From NCBI GenBank assembly GCA_018700055.1, contig JABISL010000038.1, forward strand, positions 19,161 through 83,160: a DNA stretch of 64,000 bases, given 5' to 3'. Below are positions 10,388 to 19,268 of the stretch, one piece after another (position 1 is the first letter of the stretch; each line of letters starts with the position of its first letter). The translations under genes and the position numbers were made by a program. Origin of the DNA: a bacterium (lineage in GTDB: Bacteria; Margulisbacteria; Marinamargulisbacteria; UBA817; JABISL01). Below the pieces are notes generated by a model. It made no database searches, was not told where the DNA came from, and saw only the letters and a program-made list of their open reading frames with translations.

Positions 10388-12213
10388 TATACCCTCATAT
10401 ATGCCAATAATATACCTAAGTCTGTTGGATTTATACCTGCAATTTTCTTGGCATCATAGAAGGTCTTTGGATTAAGCATTTTAAGCTTTTCCCTGCTTTC
10501 ATTTCTAAGCCCGTGAATTGCGTCGTAATTGATTGATTCTGGAATTCGTTTGGACTCAACAGCTCTTAATTTAGCAATTTCTTTCTGTTGTTTGGCCAAA
10601 TACCCTTCGTATTTAATTTCAATTACCGCCCTTCTAAGAGATTCTATTTCAAATTGTTTAAATGGGGCGTAGTCCATAACCTTTTCAATATCTAGTTCGG
10701 GTCGTTTAATTAGATCATACAAAGCTGTTTTTTGACTGAGTTTAAACTCACTTTCCATATCTGGATCTGCGTAGGTTTTCCTTAACACTTTAATAGTTTG
10801 GGTAACCAACTCCCGAAGCAAACAGGTTTTTTCATAGTCATCTTTGGTTAAAAGGCCGGCATCATAACCCGTTTTTGACAAACGAAACATTGGATTATCT
10901 TGTCTTAAATGGAGCCTATATTCGGCACGTGAACTAAGCATCCGATAAGGTTCATTGATAATAGTTTTACTAGTTAGATCATCTATCATTGTTCCAATGT
11001 AAGAGTCCTCCCTTTTCAATATGATGGATTCCTTTTTTTGTGCTTTTAGGGCTGCGTTCATACCCGCCACAATTCCTTGCCCCCCAGCCTCTTCGTATCC
11101 TGAAGTCCCATTAATTTGACCCGCCATAAATAGATTTTTAATCTTTTTTGTCTCAAGGGTAGGAAGTAATTGATCGGGAAACACAAAGTCATACTCCACT
11201 GCGTAACCTGGTTTAAGAATAACAACGTTTTCAAGACCCGGAATTGTTTTTAAAAATTGTTCCTGAACATCTTCAGGTAAAGAAGTATTGAGACCTTGAG
11301 CATAAATTTCATGTGTGTGGCGACTTTCAGGTTCCATAAATAACTGATGAGAGTCTTTGTCTTTGAATCGATGAATCTTGTCTTCGATAGAAGGACAGTA
11401 TCTTGGTCCCTTGCCTTCAATTAACCCCTGAAACATTGGGCTTTTATCTAAGTTATCCAATATGATGCGGTGCGTTTCGATATTTGTATATGTAAGGTGG
11501 CACATGACCTGATCCAAATGACGGTTTGATGGCGGGCTTCTAAAGGAAAATTGGAGGCTCATGGGGTCACCATGTTGAGCGCTCATTTTACTATAGTCTA
11601 AAGATCGAGCATCTAACCTGGGTGTTGTCCCCGTCTTAAGTCTCCCTATCCGAAACCCATTATTAAGAAGACTTTGAGATAGATTGTCAGCACTTTTTTC
11701 ACCCAGTCTTCCTGACGGATAATTGGTTAAGCCAATGTGAATTTTTCCCCTCAAAAAAGTCCCAGAGGTGATAATAACCGTATTCGAATTATAAATTTTT
11801 CCTTGGTTATCAATGACCCCCTTCACTTGGCCGTCTTGAATCAGCAGATTATCAATCATTGCCTCAATGAGTGTTAGATTATTTTGATCAGAGAGAACCT
11901 GCTTCATAAAATCGTTGTAGTCATATTTATCGTTTTGAGCCCTAAGTGCATGAACTGCGGGACCTCTACTGCGGTTTAACACCTTCATTTGCATGGATGT
12001 GGCATCTGACGAAAGGCCCATTTGTCCCCCTAAGGCATCAATTTCACCAACCATTTGCCCTTTGGCTGAGCCACCAATTGCGGGATTGCATGGCATTAAG
12101 GCTACGTTATTTTTATCAACTGTAAATACTAATGTTCTACATCCCATGCGAGCAGCTGCAAGCGCAGCCTCACATCCAGCGTGTCCGGCGCCAATTACAA
12201 TCACATCATTCAT
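10387..12213 (-). CDS. mnmG: tRNA uridine-5-carboxymethylaminomethyl modification enzyme MnmG (GidA); start probably 12213
   Basis: [48 protein letters not shown]. Confidence 0.97.
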   Translation of the reverse strand: MNDVIVIGAGHAGCEAALAAARMGCRTLVFTVDKNNVALMPCNPAIGGSAKGQMVGEIDALGGQMGLSSDATSMQMKVLNRSRGPAVHALRAQNDKYDYNDFMKQVLSDQNNLTLIEAMIDNLLIQDGQVKGVIDNQGKIYNSNTVIITSGTFLRGKIHIGLTNYPSGRLGEKSADNLSQSLLNNGFRIGRLKTGTTPRLDARSLDYSKMSAQHGDPMSLQFSFRSPPSNRHLDQVMCHLTYTNIETHRIILDNLDKSPMFQGLIEGKGPRYCPSIEDKIHRFKDKDSHQLFMEPESRHTHEIYAQGLNTSLPEDVQEQFLKTIPGLENVVILKPGYAVEYDFVFPDQLLPTLETKKIKNLFMAGQINGTSGYEEAGGQGIVAGMNAALKAQKKESIILKREDSYIGTMIDDLTSKTIINEPYRMLSSRAEYRLHLRQDNPMFRLSKTGYDAGLLTKDDYEKTCLLRELVTQTIKVLRKTYADPDMESEFKLSQKTALYDLIKRPELDIEKVMDYAPFKQFEIESLRRAVIEIKYEGYLAKQQKEIAKLRAVESKRIPESINYDAIHGLRNESREKLKMLNPKTFYDAKKIAGINPTDLGILLAYMRV

Positions 12214-12257
12214 ACTAGTCTTATCTTTCATTTTGTCGATAGGATATAATACTAGGA

Positions 12258-13016
12258 ATGGACTCGAAATCAAATGTATGTGACTACAAAGGGTACGACT
12301 ATAAGTCAGATTATTGGGGCAATGATGTCCGAAAATATGAAGATTTATGTGAGAAACGTACCTTAAGAACGTTATTAAAGCCTGTTGTCAGAAAAGATGG
12401 TCGTCTTTTGGATGCCGGGTGTGGGTTTGGACGTTTAATCCCCTCTTATCACGATTTAGTCGGATCCGTTGCATGTATGGACTACGCTACCAATATGTTA
12501 GACGGAGCAAAAAAGTCTTCCGAGCCCTATTCAAACACCATTTTTTCATTTGTTCAGGGCGATTTCTATTCTATTCCATTAAAGGACGCTTCTCAGTCTG
12601 TGGTGGTTACAGTACGCACCATTCATCATGTTGATAAGCCAGAGAAGTTTTTTAATGAAGTAAGCCGAATATTGGACAAAAATGGTCATTTTTTGATCGA
12701 AATATCTAATAAACGCCACATTCTACACATTATTCGGTGGATTTTAAGAAAAACTAGAGTTAGTCCGTTTACATATGAACGCCTAGAGCTGGGTGATCAT
12801 TTTTATAACTATCATTATAAAGACATCATTGCTCGTTTAAATGCCTGTGGATTTGATGTAAAAAGAACCAAAAATACCAGTTTTTTCCGCATTTCTATAT
12901 TAAAAAAGGTTATTCCGGCCAAAATACTTGCTTTTTTTGATCATTTATTTCAAATTTTATTTTCATGGACCAATCTAACACCTAGTATTTTTGTTCTTTG
13001 TAAAAAACGAGAATAA
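12258..13016 (+). CDS. Class I SAM-dependent methyltransferase
   Basis: [10 protein letters not shown] motif I and TIHHV..P...F.EVSRIL..NG; TATAAT 7 nt upstream. Confidence 0.85.
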   Translation: MDSKSNVCDYKGYDYKSDYWGNDVRKYEDLCEKRTLRTLLKPVVRKDGRLLDAGCGFGRLIPSYHDLVGSVACMDYATNMLDGAKKSSEPYSNTIFSFVQGDFYSIPLKDASQSVVVTVRTIHHVDKPEKFFNEVSRILDKNGHFLIEISNKRHILHIIRWILRKTRVSPFTYERLELGDHFYNYHYKDIIARLNACGFDVKRTKNTSFFRISILKKVIPAKILAFFDHLFQILFSWTNLTPSIFVLCKKRE

Positions 13017-13071
13017 ATTGTTTATTCTTTCTCGGCTGTGCTAATATATGCGAACCTAGTTTGGGTGAGAT

Positions 13072-13202
13072 TGTGGATTGTGGATAGCCTTGTGGATAAG
13101 TTGTTACTAAATCAATAATCGAGTTCAGTCAAACTCTGGGGTTTTAACCTAATTTTTCTGGTTTTTTTTGCGTAATTACGCACAAATAAAACCTGTGGAT
13201 AA
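13072..13202. promoter_or_regulatory. DnaA-box cluster upstream of dnaA (left part of oriC, likely autoregulatory)
   Basis: TGTGGATAA at 13091-13099 and 13194-13202; near-matches at 13072 and 13079. Confidence 0.85.
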
Positions 13203-13213
13203 CCTGTTTATAT

Positions 13214-14575
13214 ATGAGTATTAAACCTATTTGGGATATTATTCTTGATTCATTGGGCACACAATTGTCTGAACCGAATTTTCAAATATTTTCTACTTCG
13301 GTAGCGCCGGTCTCCTATGAAGGAAATATATTATCCTTAAAACTAAATAATGAGTTTACACGGACCTGGGTTAAAGATAAGTGTGAGCCAATTATTAAGG
13401 CAAGTTTGGCAGAAACAAATTATTCAAACCTTGTATTTGATTATATTTTCGAACAAATACAAGAGGAAGAAGATGATATTCCTCAAATGGAGCTGTTTCC
13501 TAGACAATCTCCAATGCCAGGCGAAAGCATTCCAAAGGATACATTAGTAGGTGTAAATCAAAATTTTACTTTTGAAAATTTTGTTGTTGGAAATAATAAT
13601 CGCTTTGCAAATGCTGCGGCACTTGCTGTGGCAAAAAAACCTGTTGTCGCATATAACCCATTGTTTATTTATGGCTCGGTCGGGCTTGGTAAAACCCACC
13701 TACTTCATTCTATAGCTATGAAAATTAAAGAGTTGCATCCTCACATGAAAATCCTAGTGGTTACTTCGGAGCATTTTACAAACGACCTTATTAATTCATT
13801 GAAAGATAAACGAATGGGTAAATTTAAGGATAAATATCGGCAAGTAGATGTATTAATGGTTGATGATATTCAATTTATAGCCGGAAAAGAGGCTACTCAA
13901 GAAGAATTCTTTCATACTTTTAATGAGCTTCATTCAAATGGTAAGCAAATTGTATTTACTTCAGACCGCCCTCCAAAAGATATCCCGACCCTTCAAGAAC
14001 GCCTAAGAACTCGATTTGGTTGGGGGTTAATCGCTGATATTCAGCCGCCTGAATTAGAAACAAGAATCGCTATTTTAAGGAAAAAAGTAGAGGTTAATGG
14101 ACTGCTTATTTCGGATGAGATTCTTCATTATGTTGCCACTCAAATTCCAAGTAATATTCGGGAGTTAGAGGGTGCATTAACACGCATAGCTGCTCATTCT
14201 TCATTATTAGATACTGAAATTACATTATCAATGGCTAGTAATGTTATTCAGGATTTAGTTGGAATGCACCACGAAAAGCCGCTAACGATTGGTACTATTA
14301 AGCGAAAGGCTGCTGATTATTTCAGCATTCCTTTGACTGAGTTAACCTCAAAAACTCGGACAAAAGAGGTTGCTTATGCACGCCAAGTGGCAATGTATTT
14401 GTCCAGAGAGCTTACTAACGTTTCCCTTCCTAAGATTGGTGAAAATTTTGGGGGGCGTGATCATTCGACTGTAATGCATGCTTGTGACAAGATAAAATCG
14501 CTTATGGAAAGTGATATGGAAACCCGAGGTATTGTTCAATCTTTAATAACTAGTATCCGTTCGGCGCAAGAATAA
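13214..14575 (+). CDS. dnaA: Chromosomal replication initiator DnaA
   Basis: YNPLFIYGSVGLGKTHL, DDIQF, RELEGAL, GGRDHSTVMHA. Confidence 0.99.
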   Translation: MSIKPIWDIILDSLGTQLSEPNFQIFSTSVAPVSYEGNILSLKLNNEFTRTWVKDKCEPIIKASLAETNYSNLVFDYIFEQIQEEEDDIPQMELFPRQSPMPGESIPKDTLVGVNQNFTFENFVVGNNNRFANAAALAVAKKPVVAYNPLFIYGSVGLGKTHLLHSIAMKIKELHPHMKILVVTSEHFTNDLINSLKDKRMGKFKDKYRQVDVLMVDDIQFIAGKEATQEEFFHTFNELHSNGKQIVFTSDRPPKDIPTLQERLRTRFGWGLIADIQPPELETRIAILRKKVEVNGLLISDEILHYVATQIPSNIRELEGALTRIAAHSSLLDTEITLSMASNVIQDLVGMHHEKPLTIGTIKRKAADYFSIPLTELTSKTRTKEVAYARQVAMYLSRELTNVSLPKIGENFGGRDHSTVMHACDKIKSLMESDMETRGIVQSLITSIRSAQE

Positions 14576-14599
14576 ATGGGGGTATGTCTGTTTACATGT

Positions 14600-14802
14600 T
14601 GTGAATAATTTGTTAAAACTCGTGGATAAATAGTTTTTTTTTGAAGTTGGTCGAGTTATTCTCATTTTATTAACAGGTTGATTGTGGATAAATTTACTTG
14701 TTTTTATATACAAATTTAGGGTTATCCACATATCCATAGGCCCTATAACAACTACTAGTTTATAAATATAATTTAATAATAATAATTAATATCAATTAAA
14801 TA
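14600..14802. other. oriC: oriC unwinding region (DnaA boxes, GC motif, DnaA-trios, AT-rich DUE)
   Basis: Boxes TGTGAATAA 14600, CGTGGATAA 14621, TGTGGATAA 14683 and TTATCCACA 14722 with a tandem degenerate box. Then GGCCC, TAT-AAC-AAC-TAC-TAG trios and an almost pure A/T tract at 14761-14802. Confidence 0.88.
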
Positions 14803-14824
14803 GGAAAAAGTAAGGAGTATTTTT

Positions 14825-16294
14825 ATGAAGTTTTCATGTAGCAGTGAGGAATTGTCAGGGGCGGTAGGGACAGTGGAGAAAGCAATTTCTTCTCGGACAG
14901 CATTACCTGTGATGGAAAATATATATATGGCATTGGAAGGTTCAACACTTACTTTGCGCGGAAATGATCTAGAAGTAGGTATTGAATATAGATTACCTGT
15001 ATCTGGATCGGATCAGACAGGAAAGGCTTTGGTTAAGGGTAGTACGATTAGTAGTATTGTAGGAAAAATGCCTAAACAGACGTTGTCTTTGGAGGTTGAT
15101 GAGAGTAATAAATTAACTCTACATGGTGATAATGTAGATTTTGATTTATTAGGACAATCCGTTTCAGAATACCCTGAATTCCCAGTGATTAAAGATGGGA
15201 CTAAGGTTACTTTAACGGCTGGTCAACTGGCAGATTTGATTAAACACACTATATTTTCTGTTTCTTTTGATGAAACCAAACAGTTTTTAAATGGAATATT
15301 ACTTAAGTTAGAAGGTGATTCACTTCATTTTGTAGCTACAGATGGATTCCGATTGGCATTAAAACAACTAAAATTAGAGTCGGCTCAATCTAATATTTCC
15401 GTTATTGTTCCATTTAAAGCGATGAATGAGCTAAATAAAATTGTTCAGCAATTGGATTCAAAAACAGCGGTTTCAATAACAATATCTGACAATCAAATTG
15501 CATTTTCTATGCCGAATATTCTATTGGTATCGCGTCTGATTCAAGGGCAATTCCCAGATTATCAGCAAGTCCTACCTAAGGTAACAGAGGTTAGTTATAG
15601 AGTGGCGCGTCGTCATTTAGTTGGGGCATCTGAACGAGCTCAGATTATTGCATCTCAGTCTAATAATGTGGTTCGTCTTACGTTTGGCGACACATTTATA
15701 CGAGTAAAAGCAGTGGCTCCTAAAATGGGTGAATTTAAAGAGGATGTTGAAGCTACAAGGCTTAGTGGAAATACTGAAACTAAAGTATCTTTTAACGTTA
15801 AATTAATTCTAGATGCGATCAAGCAATTAAATTCTGATGATTTAACATTGGCTTTTAATAATGAATTAAGTCCTTGTGTCTTACGTCCTATTTCAGATGA
15901 CACATTCACATATATTATTATGCCAATCAGAACGAGTGATTACGATGAAGAAACTCAACAACCTAGTTCTGAATCGGTTACAGAAACTAAAAGTGAAGTA
16001 GAGCCTACGGCGCCTGTCGTACCCGTTCAAAACGAAACACCTACTGTTACTCCGACACCAGCCGCACCTGTTCAAAATGAAGTATCTGCTCCAGTTCCGG
16101 TTTCTGTAACACCTACTCCGAATGAGGTATCAGGAACAGTTGTACAATCAGTTCCTGTGGCACCTACACAACCAGTGTCACAACCTACTGTTCCAGTAGG
16201 GGAATTTTCAGTCTCAAGTACACCAGTAACTGTTCAAGCTACTCCAACATCAGTAACAACTAACAATCCTGTAGGATCAACTACAGAAGTTTAG
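14825..16294 (+). CDS. dnaN: DNA polymerase III beta clamp with a long P/T/V-rich C-terminal tail
   Basis: GNDLEVGI, VATDGFRLA, GQFPDYQQVLP, YIIMPIR; AAGGAG SD; follows dnaA. Confidence 0.95.
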   Translation: MKFSCSSEELSGAVGTVEKAISSRTALPVMENIYMALEGSTLTLRGNDLEVGIEYRLPVSGSDQTGKALVKGSTISSIVGKMPKQTLSLEVDESNKLTLHGDNVDFDLLGQSVSEYPEFPVIKDGTKVTLTAGQLADLIKHTIFSVSFDETKQFLNGILLKLEGDSLHFVATDGFRLALKQLKLESAQSNISVIVPFKAMNELNKIVQQLDSKTAVSITISDNQIAFSMPNILLVSRLIQGQFPDYQQVLPKVTEVSYRVARRHLVGASERAQIIASQSNNVVRLTFGDTFIRVKAVAPKMGEFKEDVEATRLSGNTETKVSFNVKLILDAIKQLNSDDLTLAFNNELSPCVLRPISDDTFTYIIMPIRTSDYDEETQQPSSESVTETKSEVEPTAPVVPVQNETPTVTPTPAAPVQNEVSAPVPVSVTPTPNEVSGTVVQSVPVAPTQPVSQPTVPVGEFSVSSTPVTVQATPTSVTTNNPVGSTTEV

Positions 16295-16308
16295 CGTAGT
16301 ATTGAGGT

Positions 16309-17409
16309 ATGGTTCATAAGATCTGGATTAAACAACACCGTAATTTAGAAAATATTATGGTTTCGGTTAACCAGTCCCGCAATGTATATGTGTATGGATT
16401 GAATAATCAAGGAAAAACGAATTTTTTGGAGGCCGTGTATATGTGCGCATTTGGGCGGTCTCCTCAAGAATCTGAAATTAATCACTGTATTCCTTTAGAT
16501 AAACCTCATTCAGTGATGGGGGTGGCTTATGATATTGATGGGGACTCTCATCAGGCCTATGTAAAATTCTCTGAGACAGGACAGAAAGAAATTTCGTTAG
16601 ATGGACAAGTCATTACTTCTTTTCGTTCCTTACAGAAGCAAATACCAATGGATTATGTTTCTGCGGATGTGATTCGTTTATTTCAAGGGTATCCAGATAC
16701 ACGTCGACGTGATTTAGATCAGTTTGTTGGTCAGTTGGATCATGAATACACTGCTATACTTAAGCGATATTCTCAGGTATTAAAGCAAAAATCAGCGGCC
16801 TTAAAAGAGTCAATAAACCCTTCATCTGTCGATGTTTGGAATGATCAGTTAATTCCTTTGGCTGAGGTTTTAGTTAATCGTCGGTTATTAGCGCTTAAAC
16901 AATTATCAGACAAACTTCAATTGTTTATGGATGAGTTGGGTTTGGTTGAATTTTCTAAATTAGATTGTCTATATCAAGCGAAAAGTCTTGGAGACGCATT
17001 AGATCAATTTCCTAATTATCAGGAAAAACTAAAACAAAAATTAAAAGAAGGTCGCTTAAAAGAGTGGCACTCAAAACAGTGTTTATATGGTCCTCATCGT
17101 GATGATTTTTCTATTCGTTTTGATGGAAAAAGCCTCACTAATTTTTTCTCAAGAGGAATTAATAGAGCGGTGTCATTATTGGTAAAAGTGGCTCAACTTC
17201 AAATACTTTCTAATAGGGGTAAGGGGTTTCCCCTTCTTTTATTAGATGACGCTTTGGCAGAAATAGATGATACTAATCGGTCTAAGCTACTACCTTTTAT
17301 ATCAGCACATACCCAAATTTTTTATACTACAACGGATAGAAGTGATGAAAATTTTCTTCCTGAATGTATGGTTTATCAAATTAAAAAAGGCGTTTTATCA
17401 AATGGATAA
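16309..17409 (+). CDS. recF: DNA replication/repair protein RecF
   Basis: GLNNQGKTNFLEA, RRRDLD, GPHRDD, SRG, PLLLLDD; synteny. Confidence 0.9.
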   Translation: MVHKIWIKQHRNLENIMVSVNQSRNVYVYGLNNQGKTNFLEAVYMCAFGRSPQESEINHCIPLDKPHSVMGVAYDIDGDSHQAYVKFSETGQKEISLDGQVITSFRSLQKQIPMDYVSADVIRLFQGYPDTRRRDLDQFVGQLDHEYTAILKRYSQVLKQKSAALKESINPSSVDVWNDQLIPLAEVLVNRRLLALKQLSDKLQLFMDELGLVEFSKLDCLYQAKSLGDALDQFPNYQEKLKQKLKEGRLKEWHSKQCLYGPHRDDFSIRFDGKSLTNFFSRGINRAVSLLVKVAQLQILSNRGKGFPLLLLDDALAEIDDTNRSKLLPFISAHTQIFYTTTDRSDENFLPECMVYQIKKGVLSNG

Positions 17410-17899
17410 TGTATTTAAAGTACTAGCAAAGCGCCGAGGATTTGGTGACTTTGTTAAAACAATTCAATCTTCCCAACATATTAAATTGGTATGGAAAGAT
17501 GTTTTTAAATCTTTATCAAATGAGCTTCATTTTGGTTATTTTAAATCAGGGACATTGGGAATTATTGTTAAAAATCCGGTTTGGGTTACTGAAATTGATT
17601 ATTATAGAGCTGAATTTATAACTAAACTTAATAAGTTAGCTTTCAAAGGTAAAAAAATAGTTTATACCATTAAAATTGGCGTAGACTCTGAGTTTGAGTT
17701 TGAGATACAAAATAATAATAATAGTGTTGATTCGACTGTAAATAACAATAAGATCCCTTTAAATTTTGAAGATAAAATTAATTATATGGCGACTAAACGA
17801 CGCGATAATGGGGAGATATTATGTACGACTTGTGAGGTTGTTTGGACCCAATCAGGTGGACAATGTATTTTTTGTCGGAATCAAACTCCTGGCATATAG
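17402..17899 (+). CDS. dciA: DciA/DUF721-family protein with C-terminal zinc ribbon (start revised to ATG 17402)
   Basis: Overlaps the recF end; W..VF...GTLGIIVKNPVWVTEI..Y...FITKLN pattern; CTTC...CIFC. Confidence 0.65.
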   Translation: MDNVFKVLAKRRGFGDFVKTIQSSQHIKLVWKDVFKSLSNELHFGYFKSGTLGIIVKNPVWVTEIDYYRAEFITKLNKLAFKGKKIVYTIKIGVDSEFEFEIQNNNNSVDSTVNNNKIPLNFEDKINYMATKRRDNGEILCTTCEVVWTQSGGQCIFCRNQTPGI

Positions 17900-17972
17900 A
17901 GATTCTTTTGGGTAAAATGACTGTTACTTTTGATCGATAAAAAGTTAGTAATAAATTAAGGTGGTGGTGTAA

Positions 17973-18062
17973 GTGGGTAGTTTGATTAAGAAACGACGAA
18001 AAAAAATGCGCAAGCATAAGTATAAAAAATATGGAAAACGTATGAAAGCGAATAAAAAATAA
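17973..18062 (+). CDS. Small basic AURKAIP1/COX24-family protein (ribosomal bS22/mS38-like), 29 aa; absent from the ORF track
   Basis: GTG-start MGSLIKKRRKKMRKHKYKKYGKRMKANKK*; AAGGTGG SD-like; TAA overlaps the next ATG. Confidence 0.85.
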   Translation: MGSLIKKRRKKMRKHKYKKYGKRMKANKK

Positions 18063-18442
18063 TGAGCGATGTTAAACGCATTTTAATTGTTGATGATGAA
18101 CCATCGATTTTAGAGATCGTTGAAATATTATTATCATCGGAAGGATATCAAGTTTTAAAGGCCTCAAATGGCCAAGAAGGGCTTGATATAGCTAAACAAT
18201 ACCTGCCGGATGCGATTATTTTAGATGTTATGATGCCCAAAATGTCAGGCTACATGGTCGCGACACTACTGTCTTCAGATAGTAAGCTTAAAAAAATTCC
18301 GGTTATGTTGCTTACAGCAACGGCGCAAATTGCTGGGAATATCACACTTGAAATTCCCACCCCCTATAAATTGTCGAAGCCTTTTAAACCTGAAGAGCTT
18401 CTTGATTTATTAACAACAATGTTGGAAGAAACAGCTGCCTAA
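18062..18442 (+). CDS. Single-domain response regulator (receiver)
   Basis: ILIVDDE, IILDVMMPKMSG, LLTA, KPF. Confidence 0.92.
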   Translation: MSDVKRILIVDDEPSILEIVEILLSSEGYQVLKASNGQEGLDIAKQYLPDAIILDVMMPKMSGYMVATLLSSDSKLKKIPVMLLTATAQIAGNITLEIPTPYKLSKPFKPEELLDLLTTMLEETAA

Positions 18443-19248
18443 ATATTGGTTAAATTAAGATAATTTAATTGATAATCGGATAATTCCCACAAGTTGAAAT
18501 TATTTATAAAAGAGTGAAAGGTTTCTACATCTTTTGTGACATAGCCTTCCCATTTATTGGGTGGGCCTACTGTTGCTTTGAGTGAATGGGTTACTAATTT
18601 TTGATTTAGTGGCGATACAATACAATTTGCAGGGTTTATAAATTTAAACTTAGGGTTTTCTTTTGAAAGTAATGATTCAAAGAAGGGATAGTGTGTGCAT
18701 CCATGAATAATTGTTTGGCATCCTAGGTCTATTAACTTACTAGTGTATTGTGCGGCCACTAAACTAGCCTCTGAGGATCCTAAGCGGTTAGTTTCAATTA
18801 AAGGGACTAACTCAGGACAAGCGATCTCGTGGACCGTTGTATTTGGGCTGATTGAGTGGATTGCTTGTTGATAGGAATGTGTATTTACAGTGTTTTGTGT
18901 TGCCATAACTGCAATCGGCGCCGAAAGAGCTTGGGGAGATAAGCTTAATGCAGTAGGTAATACCAGGTCTTGGACAGGAATTTTGATTTGATTGATAACG
19001 TCTTCTAGAAAAAGAGAATTACTAGTATTGCAGGCAATAACTAGCATTTTTATATCTTTTTTTAGAAGGAATGCAATGATTTCAAAGACGATATCATGTA
19101 ACTCATCTACTGATCGAGAGCCCCAAGGCGCTCTTAATGTGTCTCCTACATAGATAAATGATTCGTTTGGAAATGCGTGAGTTAAGGTACTTAAGACACT
19201 CAAGCCACCAACACCTGAGTCGAACACTCCAATAGGCTGTTTAATCAT
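18439..19248 (-). CDS. murI: Glutamate racemase
   Basis: GVFDSGVGGLSV, IACNTS, GCTHYP. Confidence 0.95.
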   Translation of the reverse strand: MIKQPIGVFDSGVGGLSVLSTLTHAFPNESFIYVGDTLRAPWGSRSVDELHDIVFEIIAFLLKKDIKMLVIACNTSNSLFLEDVINQIKIPVQDLVLPTALSLSPQALSAPIAVMATQNTVNTHSYQQAIHSISPNTTVHEIACPELVPLIETNRLGSSEASLVAAQYTSKLIDLGCQTIIHGCTHYPFFESLLSKENPKFKFINPANCIVSPLNQKLVTHSLKATVGPPNKWEGYVTKDVETFHSFINNFNLWELSDYQLNYLNLTNI

Positions 19249-19268
19249 GGCCTTATTATAGTGTGGGT

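Noticed and set aside
17267-17401. Long N-terminus of the ORF after recF
   Set aside because: It overlaps recF by more than 140 nt; ATG 17402 gives a normal short overlap.
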